DNA of 63,109 bases, filler included. It is 10 parts of 10 records of this genome, joined end to end, with 100 filler letters (N's around TTAATTAATTAA, not from the genome) between each part and the next. Parts side by side here need not be neighbours in the genome. Positions count along the whole stretch, not along the records: positions 45,822 to 50,222 come from SRR7504441_1553; positions 50,323 to 55,760 come from SRR7504441_1557; positions 55,861 to 59,594 come from SRR7504441_1562; 7 more parts are not named here. One strand, written 5' to 3'. This document shows positions 46,813 to 57,155 of the stretch, in pieces. How positions within the stretch are numbered: the first letter of the stretch is position 1; every line of letters begins with the position of its first letter. The notes under the pieces were generated by a model. It was not told the origin of the DNA and ran no database searches. It was given only the letters and a program-made list of their open reading frames with translations. Made by a program: the position numbers and the translations under genes.

Positions 46813-49209
46813 TTACTGCCGAATTTGAACTAGCGGAGGCACAGATACTCGTAATCTAGAATTGGTCTTATGTGATGGGGCTCGTCTCAGGCGCCTTGGG
46901 GCTAAGCTACCCCACCCTGGAGAAAGCAAGTTGGGCTGCGGTATGACTACATGCTCTGGCCGCGGCGGGGATGGTCTAGATTCTACATTTGCTTGGTGCT
47001 TTTTTTGCAGCAATTGCTCTCGGATGACCTCACCAAGCTGCTCTCTCAACGCGCGCCGCTCAGCCTGCAAGGGTAGAATTACACACTCCAATGCCATGAC
47101 ACCAGCCTAGCACCTCTACTGCACTATAATCATTCGCGGCCTTCCTCTCCGCTGCTGTGTTCAGGCTTTTCCCTGCGCCCGAAAGCTCAGCGTGTCACAC
47201 TCAAAAGATGGTGCTCACATAGAGGCTTCCACTCCTCAATCGGCAAGCCTGCTACTGATGCTGCATCAAACTCTGCAACCATCTCCTGGATCGAGTGTGA
47301 TTCGTCCATTGCGAGTACCATCCGAGACTCTTGTCTGATCGAGTCTTGGATCAGCTTCATCCGGTCTTTCCGAGTCCTTGCCTCTATCTCAGCATTGCTC
47401 ATGCCATCAAACCTGCAACCCAACACTCAACACTAGTCTTTGAGCGGATTTGGACTTGGAAGGTGGCAGATCCGGGCTCAACTGCAAGACTTCGTACTGC
47501 GGCTGAGAAGCTCGCTTCCTAAGCGCCTCCTTGGCCTGCCCTAACTGGCTGTGCAGGTCCGCAATTACCACATCCTTTGTGCGTTTCACGTTCACCGTAT
47601 CTGCATGGCTTTGCTGGAGCTCTTTTCGAAGTCGCTCGATTTGCAGTTCTGCTTCTTTTAAAGCGTCGTCTGCTTTGTTGTCTTGCTCTGCTACGGCGGG
47701 AGGATTTGTCTCAGCAGGAGGATTCGAGAACCATGGAACTTTCTCCGGGGCATTCGCGAACCATGGAACCTCCTTCCACACTTTGCTTGAGGATTCCCCC
47801 TGGTTGGCGTCCTGCATCATGCCAAAAGTCAGGTTGTTGCATGGTCTTGCTCTTAGGGCACCTCGAAATACTCTTTGATTTGATCTTCGCTCCAGTCGCT
47901 CACTGCCTCATCTGGAGCCTTGAGACCAATTGCGCTAGATGCCTCGAGTTTAGCCACCAATTTCATCTTTGAAATCTGCTTTTCAAGACGATTTGCTCGC
48001 TTGCGCTCTGCTTTTACTTCTCCTCGCAACTCTAGTAGTCCACGTTGGGCAGCTTCCAAATCCAAATTGCGTAATACCAAGTCGTCTTTGTCAAATGATT
48101 TCACATTTTCTTCTTTATCCTGCACAGACACAACGTTGTGAGCGCCTGAACAGAGGGGCCACGCAGGGCGATGGTACTTTCATTGAAATTGCAGTAATCC
48201 GAATCAGCTGGTTTAGTCTGTCGTTCTCAGCCTGAGTCTCGAGCAGATCTCGGTTAGTTCTTTCCAACTCATTCTGAAGCGACTTGGCCTGCACCCGCAT
48301 GTTCTCCATCAAATTGCCATCGGTCAGCTCCGCCAGTGTGAGCTCCAGCTGCTCAAAGTCCGACTCCAGCGCAGCATTTTCCTTCCGTGATTTCTCCAGC
48401 TGCTCGTTTGCCGCCGCCAGTTGAGCTGTTTTCTGACTCAGTTTGCCCTCCATTGACTCGACCTGGGACGCAACTCCTGCCAACCAAGGTTGACGCGGTT
48501 CGCCGGGGCCTCGCACCTCGGAGCTTCGTTGGGCTGACCGGGCGATTGTTCTGCAATTCGTCTGCACTGATGCGAATTTCGGAGCCCAGTGTCCCCACGG
48601 ATTCCCTGACGGCTTTTTCAGGGTCTGGTTCCGGCGACAGCCGAGCGCTCACCTGTAAGCCCTCACTGCTGAGCGCCTGGGGCTAGTCACCTCCTCCGGC
48701 GCCGCTAGCATACACTCTAACAGTGGAGCCATGCTCACATCCGGTGCGGCCCCAAACACCGCCGGCGCGAGGCTACTCGCCATAGAGCTCAGAGCGGCTC
48801 TGCTGCCTTCAGCGGCTATTACCCCGCGCCAGTGGGCCACGAACCGGCAGAGCACCGCCCGGCGTGGTCCCGGAAGCTGCTGATTCAGCTCGGCGATCAC
48901 CTCCGCCCCGGTCCGTATCTTTGACCGGCTGTTGGCCACCCGGGCCAGCAGGCTGGCGGCTAGCTGCTCGCCCACCAGCCGGCCGGGCACTTGCTCCAGC
49001 ATCCGGAGCAGCACCGCCGCGCAGAGCTGCGGCGAGCCGATCCTGTCCAGCGGCAGCTCCCCCGTCCGTCCGGCGGCCTGGGCAAGCTCCGAGGCGCTCG
49101 CCCGGTCGGCCGGCTGCCGCCAGAGGCCCGGGGTGGGCCGTTGCTCCAGCCAGTCCAGCCCCGCCTCCGCCGCCCGCAGCAGCGCGCCCAGGGGCTCGGG
49201 CTCCCCCAT
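46813..49209 (-). CDS. RhoGAP-domain plus coiled-coil protein, multi-exon
   Basis: PGLWRQP Arg-finger motif, CAAVLLRML..VP..L, MASSLAPAVF; downstream coiled-coil exons joined by short introns. Confidence 0.65.
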
Positions 49210-49256
49210 CTCTCCTAGGCCCCACGCACTCGCCTGGTGGATTTGGCGCGATAACG

Positions 49257-50222
49257 ATGCGGTGGTGCTGGCTGCTGTGTTGGGCGGCGGCAGCGGCGGT
49301 GGCTGCCCCGCCCCGGCCGATCCCGGTGCTCGGTATCCCTGTGATCTTCCACGCCGAGCTGCTCCTTCGGCTGGTCCGCTGTGCGCCCGCCCCGGCCGCC
49401 CCCGGCTCAGCCGCTGTGCGCAGCGATCGACCACCCAGTGAGCCGACTAATCATCGTCCACAACGGCGACAGCCGCGCGGTGGCCGATGCCGTCGCCCGG
49501 CTGCAGTCCGAGCGACCCGAGATTGAGCTGCACCGGTTCCCGGAGAACAAAGGCTGCGCCGCCTCCTGGAATTGGATCGTGCAGCAGCCAGCGCCCTGGT
49601 GGCTCCTAGTGAATGACGACGTGGCCTTCCCTCCAGGGGCGCTCGCCCGGCTGGCAGAGACGGTGTGGGGGCGGCTGGCCGCTCCGGGGACGGTGCCGGC
49701 GGTGTTTCACCCGCGGTATAGCTACGACAAGCTAGACTGGGGCTGGGGTTGCTTCGCAATCACGCGAGAGGCAGTAGCGGCCGCGGGAACGTTTGACGAA
49801 AACTTCTACCCTGTTTATCACGAGGATCGGGACTACGAGTGGCGGCTCCGGCTGCTCGGATTAAATCAGGAGCTGCTTTCTGAAGTGTCTGTTATCCATG
49901 GGAAGGCTCACGAACCAATGTATATCTCCGGTGCGCGACGATCCGATTCAGATGTCTTGACCGGTGGATGTGCAGGCACCATGCGCGCCCTGGCCGATTC
50001 GACCAACCCAGCGCACCAGAAAATCGGCAGACAGCTACGCCGCAGCAAGTTGGCCGGCGTGCCGGGAGCCCCGGGGGACTTATATTACCGACAAAAATGG
50101 GGTGCGCTGCCGCCGTTCAAGTGGACGCCGGGCGGCGGCGAGCTTGGCGAGCTTGAGTATTTTCGGAACCCCTTCAACCAGTCTCGAGTTTCGCCGTCTG
50201 AATGGGTTTTCGATTTGCGACG
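49257..50222 (+). CDS. GT-A fold glycosyltransferase (GT2-like) with signal peptide, 3'-truncated
   Basis: IPVLGIP...SIDHPV, NKGCAASWN, LLVNDDV (DxD-like), FDENFYPVYHEDRDY. Confidence 0.8.
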
Positions 50223-50322
50223 NNNNNNNNNNNNNNNNNNNNNNNNNNNNNNNNNNNNNNNNNNNNTTAATTAATTAANNNNNNNNNNNNNNNNNNNNNN
50301 NNNNNNNNNNNNNNNNNNNNNN
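50223..50322. other. Artificial contig linker
   Basis: N44-TTAATTAATTAA-N44. Confidence 0.98.
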
Positions 50323-52708
50323 AAGTAAACACAACGTTTCTTCTTGCACTTACCGCACTGGAACTGATCAGTCTCGTCCATCGGAACAGATGCCACTTGG
50401 GCGTCCTTCCAGGCCTCCTCCTTGAGAGCATTCATCTTCTTTACCTGCTCCTTGGTAGCCATATCTCGCAGATTCATCCGAACTAGGTCATAGGGCACAA
50501 TCGACTGTTCGAGCACAGCTGTGCAGAGGTCTTTGTTCCGCGATAGATTCATCTTCAAAGTGGTGAACGTCCTCTTGTACTTATCTTTATCTAACGCATA
50601 GTCCTCCTCGCCCTCGGCTGCGGGCACCTGCCATCGCACAGATTGACGTGCCGGCAGCCCAATCGCTCACCCCATTGTCTTCGGCACACAGGTTGTAAAT
50701 CGCTTCCTCGAGCTGCTCGGCGCGTTGCTCGGCTTGCTCGTGTTTATCAAATACTCGAGCCATCAACTCCCGAACCTGCGGCCAGTGACCAAACCCCGTG
50801 CAGTCTGCACCTTGACACGCGGATCGACCTTCGGCTTGGCCTCCTCTTGGAGGGGCATCGCCACATCATGCTTCACTGGCTCCTTGACTGCTTGCTTCGC
50901 CTTTTTGGCCTCGGCCTGCTTCGCCTTCTTGAACTGCTCCTTCAAGTAATTTCGGACAGAGTGCGCCTGCGCCCTCCCTCACCCACCCACCAGTGGTGGC
51001 CAGCACCATCCGCTGCACCGCGTCGTTCGGGTGTTTAGTGAGTTTCTTGAGCTCGACCCCCACCCCCGTGGCCTGCCCCAACCACTCAGCCCCGCCCGCC
51101 GCCCGCTCAGACCAGCAGCACACTCTCGGTCAGCGTGAAGCTTTGGAGCTCAGACATGGTCTCCACCGCCCCTGCACCCGCAGATCAGCCACAGCCCAGG
51201 CTGTGCACACCGCCGGCGTCGTCAGCTTTGATATTCTTCTCCAGAGTGTCCAGAATCCCAGTCACCTCAGCTTCAGTCGCCGCACGCTTACGCGACGTAT
51301 CGCTGGGCGGTTTCTTCTTGACCGGAGTGTTTTCGCGGCTCTCGGACTCCTGCTTCGGCTTCTTGCCGGACTTGGTAGGCTTGGATCCGTGCTCTTTCCT
51401 CTTCAGCGTCTCGCTGTCCCGGGGCCGCTCCTCCTTTTTCGGCTTGCGCTCCTCTTTCTTCACTTTCTTAGCCAGGTTGCCCAACACCTCCTGTCCCACG
51501 AGGTCTCACCCGCCCACAGCCATGGGCCGCACCTTCTTGTCTAGCTTCCGCTTCTTAGGCTTTGCTCTCTCCTCATCATAAGCCTCGTCCTCGTCCTTGG
51601 CAGCAGGCGTCGGCTCCTCCTCGTCCTCCTCCTGGTCCTGCTGCATCTGCTCGTCAGGCTCGTCAGCTTGCTGCGGCTCGTCGTTGGCGTCCGAGTCATT
51701 CACCGCCGGCCAGGGCTGCCCGCTCTCGGCTTGCTGCACCGCAGTAGAGATGTGCTTGGCATGCTTCTTGCCGCCCTCTTTGATCTTGGCCTGCTTATGC
51801 TCCTCAAACGGCAGAATCTGCGCGTCCGGGATCTGAGACCTGCCCGCGCTCAGCCGCACACCCGCGCCGGCGGCACACCAGTCGCCGGACTGGAAATAGA
51901 CAACCCAATGCTGTCCAGGCGACTCGACGGCCTTCACACCAGCAAACTGCTTCGCCCTCTCCGCGCTCTCCACCTGCCGCCGCCAGTGGGCCCGGCCTGC
52001 AGTGCCGGGGCACCTTCCCGGGCCACCACGGATACCCTTCCATCTTGGCCCAACACAGCTCTCCTGGCTGTATCCAACTTACCGGCTCTGCCCCCGGCTC
52101 CGGGCCGGCCCGGCCGCTGGCGCACCCGAGGATTCTTCCACCAGCCGCTTGGACTCCTCCTTGATCAGCTTCTTGAACCGGTCTACGTTGCATCCGAGCC
52201 TCTGGGCCACCAACTCTCGGATCTGCCGCGGCTGCCCCCCGCCACCGCTCAGCCCGACCCCCCTGGGTGAGCCCACCGTGAGTTGGCAGTTGGTCAGGTC
52301 CTCTCCGCTCAGCACTGCCGCAACAGCCTGCCGCACCTCTTCTTTGGAAGGCTCAGCCGCGCTCGGGGCTTCGGCCGCTGGCTCGGACTCGGCTGCTGGT
52401 TCGGACTCCGCCACTGGCTCGGCCGCTGGCTCCGGCTCGGTTGCCGGCTCGACTGCCGCAGGCTCCACCACTGGCTCAGATTCGGCCGCCGGCTCCGCCG
52501 CTGGCTCGGGCTCGGGTGCTGGCTCGGGCTCGGCCGCCGGCTCCACCGCTGGCTCGGCCCCGGACTCCGGTTGGGGTTCCGGGGCGGAAGCTGGCTCGGG
52601 TGCTGGCTCGGCCGGCTGGCTTTCGGCCGGAAGCTGCTCAGCCGCGGGAGCGCTGACCGGTTGGGCCTCGGCCGCCGGCTCGGCCTCAGCCGCTGGCTGT
52701 TCAACCAT
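50323..52708 (-). CDS. Transcription elongation factor TFIIS with extra N-terminal DEK_C and PWWP domains, 3'-truncated, many introns
   Basis: DEK_C EVRQAVAAVL...IRELVAQRLG..V..FKKLI; PWWP WAKMEGYPWWPG; TFIIS-N LLATGVGVEL.KL.KH; central YKRTFTTLKMNL...N.DL; Zn ribbon TDQFQCGKCK. Confidence 0.8.
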
Positions 52709-52841
52709 CGAGGATTCGGGGGAGGCTGCGAACGGCACAACGGCAAGCGCCAAGCGCACCCGTGAGCCGACACAGGGAAGGCCCCCCCGGCGCCTCCCCG
52801 GGCGCATCTTGTTGCGCAACTCGGCTGGCTTATCAGAGAGG

Positions 52842-53534
52842 ATGAAGAGGCCGAGAGAGCCGGTGGGTCTGTTCACGGTGGCCTCGGACTCGGAGGATTC
52901 GGACGAGCCCGAGCAGCAGCCCCCGGCACCTGCCGCCGCGCCAGTGAGCGTTGTGTGTGCCGAGTGCGGCGGGCCATGCGCTTCCGGGGGGGGCGCGGAG
53001 ACCGATGCGAGCGAGAGCTACTGCGATCGGTGCTGGGAATCCTGGGAGGGGACGAGCAGCAGGGAGCAAGTGGCCGCGGTCACAGTGCCTGAGGACCTTC
53101 CCAGGGACACAGCCTGGTGGCGATGCGCCGGATGCCGTCGCTTCCTGTACAGCGAGCACCACGCCGCCGGCTGCGCGCACGCCGAGATCCGCGCCGTGCC
53201 CCCGGAGCGCATAGAGGAGATGGCTGGACTGCAGCCAGTATACGACCCGAGCACTAGGGCTGGCTTCCGACCGGACATCGAGATCAGCTGCGCGGACTGC
53301 GGCACCAGGTTCTGCTTTTCTGCTGGCCAGCAGCGCTTTTTTGCGGCGCAAGGGTTTAAATCACAGCCCACGCGGTGTGTGGACTGCCGAAAGCTGAATC
53401 GGGAGCAGAAGGCCGAGCGGATGGAGCAGCACGCGGCCCAGAGGGCCGAGCGGGAGCTGGCTAGGAAGCAGCACAGCTGGGAGGCCGTGGCCATAGAGGC
53501 ACGAGATAGGGCTGAAGGCTTGCTAATAGGCTGA
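52842..53534 (+). CDS. Multi-CxxC protein with a zf-trcl-like zinc ribbon
   Basis: DIEISCADCGTRFCFSAGQQRFFAAQGFKSQPTRCVDCR plus additional CxxC pairs. Confidence 0.65.
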   Translation: MKRPREPVGLFTVASDSEDSDEPEQQPPAPAAAPVSVVCAECGGPCASGGGAETDASESYCDRCWESWEGTSSREQVAAVTVPEDLPRDTAWWRCAGCRRFLYSEHHAAGCAHAEIRAVPPERIEEMAGLQPVYDPSTRAGFRPDIEISCADCGTRFCFSAGQQRFFAAQGFKSQPTRCVDCRKLNREQKAERMEQHAAQRAERELARKQHSWEAVAIEARDRAEGLLIG

Positions 53535-53721
53535 CCAATTGTTGCGAGTGACATTTGATACGTGGCATAAGCTTAGTATCGATCCATCGTGTGTGCATTT
53601 GTGGATCAATATCGGTGAATTTAGCATGCCGCGCAGCGGCGTGTTCGTGTATTGCGTGATATACATGTATTGTTGACAGATGTACCCACGATTTACTCGT
53701 CATTTTTAATAGCCGGACGTA

Positions 53722-54378
53722 TTAATCCGGCGTTTCCTCATGCTCACTACTACTATCGCTGTCGGTGCTCTTCTTTTTCTTCTTCTTCTTTTTCTTCTTC
53801 TTTTCCTTCTCCTTCCTGCTCTTCTTCCGCTTCTTGCTCTCTTCGGCTGGGGGCGGCTCCAGCCTGGGGATCCGTTGCCGGACCATCAGCCGGGGCAGCT
53901 TGTCGTACTGCACCCCGAGCACCTGCCGCCCAATAACCCCCTCCAGCCCGCCAGCTCGCCTCTCCGTACGACTCCCAGGTCACTGTCCACTTGGACGGCC
54001 GCTGGCTGCCCTCCACTGGATCCAAATACAGCCCGACCTGCCCGCAGCTGCCGGCCGGCCGCTCCAGCCGGGCACCTCCTGACTCAGACTCATCAAAGCC
54101 TCCACCCACGCCCCTTCCTCGAGCCGGCTCTCCCCCCGGACAAGCACCAGCGGGCTCTCGCCCTCCGCCGCCCACCCGTGCTCGGCCGGGCTGAACTCGC
54201 ACCAGCCCTGTCCGCGCAGTGCGGCCGCCACCGTGACCTCGCGCAGGGTGCCGAGCAGCGCGGCCGCCGGGCCGCCCCGGTCGAGCAGCGCCTGGTCCAG
54301 CTGCCCCGGCTCGGCCCGGCAGCTCGCCGCCGCTACCTTCCAGGCGAGCACACTCGGTGCCAGCACTCCGATATCCAT
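53722..54378 (-). CDS. Hypothetical protein with a Lys-rich C-terminal tail (2 introns, one GC-AG 53923-53959)
   Basis: Spliced frame ends EESKKRKKSRKEKEKKKKKKKKKKSTDSDSSSEHEETPD*. Confidence 0.55.
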
Positions 54379-54651
54379 ATCGCTGCCGTTGGGGTGTGCG
54401 GCTGCTGGAGCGATTGTCCAAGACGTCTAGAACCGTAGACCCGGGTGGAGGGTAGGGTAGCAGGATACGGTACGAGTATACGAGTACTCGTACACATCTT
54501 ATCAATTCATTCAATTGCGTAAATGTACGAGTACACATTCTAGATAATGCCCGAATGCCATACAGAAGAAAATTGCGCCACTCGGCGCACCGCAATTGAC
54601 AGCGCGATTGATGACACGTATACCGCTGCAGGCGAAATGAGGAGACTCTTG

Positions 54652-55760
54652 CTACAACCCGGCCTTCTCGATTCTGTCTAGCGCATCGCCCATGTTGCCT
54701 TCGAGCTCCTCCAGCGTCTCTTGCATGTTCTCAAAGCTCTGCTCAGTCTCCTGGAACTCCTCCTTCAGACCCTCAGCAGTGCCCTCCACCCCATCCATCC
54801 GCTCTGCCCCCAGCTCGCCCAACTCAACCCAAGCCGTGCACCGTCGATCCCAGCCAGCTGCTCTCTCAGCTGGTTGAGATCGCTCTTGATCATCTGCACC
54901 TCGTTGATCTCCACCCGCACCCCCGACAGGTCCACTTTGAGCGCCGCGATCTCCTTCTCCAGCTCCTTCCCGGCGCCCTGCTTCCTGGCTGTCAACTCCT
55001 CCACATCCACCACCAGGCCCGACAATTCCTCCTGGATCGCATCGATTGCGCCCTCGGTGTCCGTCACGCGCCGAACAGCCTCGCCGGCCGACTTGGTCGC
55101 CGGGTCGTTGGCCAGGTGGGCCTTGAGCTTGGCCACCTCGTCGGCCAGCTTCTTCACGTCCCCACTCGCAGCTGTCGGCTTGACCGGTGTGGCCCCTGCA
55201 GCCCGACCGCTCAGCCCACCCTCGCTGCCCGCCTACCGGTCTTGTCCTGCAGCGCGTCCAGCTCTTCGCCCAGACTGGCGGTGGTGTCCTTGAGCCCGTC
55301 CACCAGACCCTCCAACTCGGCCAGCCGCGCCTCAGCCTGCCCACAAAACTCAGCTCTGACCATATCGCGCCAGGCCTTGGGACTCGCAGCGCCAGGCTCG
55401 CCGCTCCCCGGCTCCATGTCCGAGATCTGCTCGGCCAGCTCGCTCAGACTCTCCTCCATATCCCCAAAGTTCTGCTTCAACCCGTTCACAGCAGCGACTG
55501 CCTCTTCTATTGATTCAAAGTCCGCCCGGAGCGCCGTCACGTACTCGGCCGACTGCTTGGCGCTCTGCTCGACGTCGTCCAGCCGCTCGGCCACCTCGCC
55601 GATGTTGTCCTCCATCTCCCGGAAGCTGGCTTTGATCGTGTTGACAGAGCTGACCGCTTCCTCGATTGCCTCAAAGTCTGAACGCAGCTCAGCGACCTCG
55701 GCCGAGTTGGCATCCATCCGCTCCTGGACCGCCGCCATGGACCCTGCCCGGCACACTCAG
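54652..55760 (-). CDS. Acidic coiled-coil protein with internal repeats, 5'-truncated
   Basis: Repeats LR.DFE.IEEAV..VN; last exon FQETEQSFENMQETLEELEGNMGDALDRIEKAGL*. Confidence 0.65.
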
Positions 55761-55860
55761 NNNNNNNNNNNNNNNNNNNNNNNNNNNNNNNNNNNNNNNN
55801 NNNNTTAATTAATTAANNNNNNNNNNNNNNNNNNNNNNNNNNNNNNNNNNNNNNNNNNNN
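55761..55860. other. Artificial contig linker
   Basis: N44-TTAATTAATTAA-N44. Confidence 0.98.
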
Positions 55861-55935
55861 CTACGGAACTGCTCTGGCAAGTACGACCGGATAATAACGA
55901 ATCACTGAATGTTCAATTAGATTAGATAAAACTTC

Positions 55936-57124
55936 TCACTTGATCACTTGGCATTGCATTGGCATTGCGAAGGGTTGCCCCGGCGGCGGTGCTACTTGCA
56001 TCGGGTTCATCATCTTGGGCGGCCCACTGTTATAAGCTGCTTGAGCTGCATCGCCCGCCGTGAATCCACCTCCCACCAACGGTCGAGGCCTCCCTGGAAT
56101 CTCTAGGCAAGTGGGGCTGCAACCCAAAGCTGTCAGTCATTCAGCCATTGAGGCTGCTCACTGCCCAAACTTGCACTTGGGGCCCTCGGGGCAAAATCCG
56201 GCTACCCAGTTGTGGCACGCCTTGCGCCGCACGTGCCTGTTGTGGCACCGGGCTCCTGTCCAGCGGTCAGGCCGGCATGGCAGGGAAGGCCACCGTGCTT
56301 GCAGAATCCACGCTTGTACCATAGGCACTCCACCTGGCCTCGACGTCAGCACCGTAAGCCAGGCTCCGGATCGCGCAGGAGGGTTGTGCGACCCAGGTGT
56401 AGCTGCGCGGCCTAACTTAGGGCCGCGCAGTTGTTCCTGCTCGACTCAATTTACGGAGGCTGTATCTGGGCCGAGGCCAGCTTGCGCCGCGGCCCCTTCT
56501 TTACCTCCGACTAGGCTACTACTAGGGAGTTGGGGGTGCAGGAGACTACCTGCGTGTCCTCCTTCCTGGTGTGCCGGTACAAACACTGCGGGTTGTTGCA
56601 TTCCTCTGCCGGCCCACTGGTGAGCCCGGCCGATTCGACCGGCACCGTAAGTGGCCCAAAACTGGCAGACCGGCATCTTGGTCATGTCATATTCGTGGAG
56701 GAAGTCGCACTTGTCCGCCTTCTTGCACAAGTTGCGCAGCCTGCCCCCGGTCCCGCCGGCCCGCCCCCGCCCGCACCAATGCTTGCACACCACCCGGTTC
56801 TCCCGGCCCTGGTGCTGTTCGTGCCGATACCGGCACTGATCGCCCTTAAAGCACCGCCCGCGCGAAAAGTGCGGGCATATCGGGGCCCCTGGGTTAACTG
56901 CCCCCGAGCGGTCAGCCGGGCCCGGCCGTCTAGTGACGGATTGGCTTGAACTGGGCCAGCGGGTTGGGCCGCGAGTTGCACTCCGGGATGAGCTCCTCGA
57001 TCCCGAATCGGTGCGCCGTCTCCACGTCGCCCAGGGCCTGGTCAATCATCCGGTGCGGCCGGCCGGTCGGCTCGAGCTTGCTGTGCGAGGCGTTCTGCCC
57101 CAGGTAGTAGTCCTGCTGCGCCAT
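55936..57124 (-). CDS. CPSF4: Cleavage and polyadenylation specificity factor 30 kDa subunit (CPSF30/Yth1), five CCCH fingers, multi-exon
   Basis: [64 protein letters not shown]. Confidence 0.92.
56334..56549 (-). other. 216-nt structured intron of CPSF30 containing a candidate alternative/poison exon (56451-56510)
   Basis: GT at 56549, AG at 56334; internal AG at 56511 gives a typical 39-nt intron; perfect 10-bp stem 56403-56412/56421-56430. Confidence 0.6.
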
Positions 57125-57155
57125 GCTCGGTCGCCGTACCGCCGCCTGGGCTGCA

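Noticed and set aside
52360-52700. Imperfect GGCTCGG repeat array resembling a repeat-spacer locus
   Set aside because: It is the coding A/E/P low-complexity N-terminus of the TFIIS fusion; there are no fixed repeats with unique spacers, so it is not CRISPR.
53765-53840. (CTT)n tract
   Set aside because: It encodes a poly-Lys tail on the minus strand.
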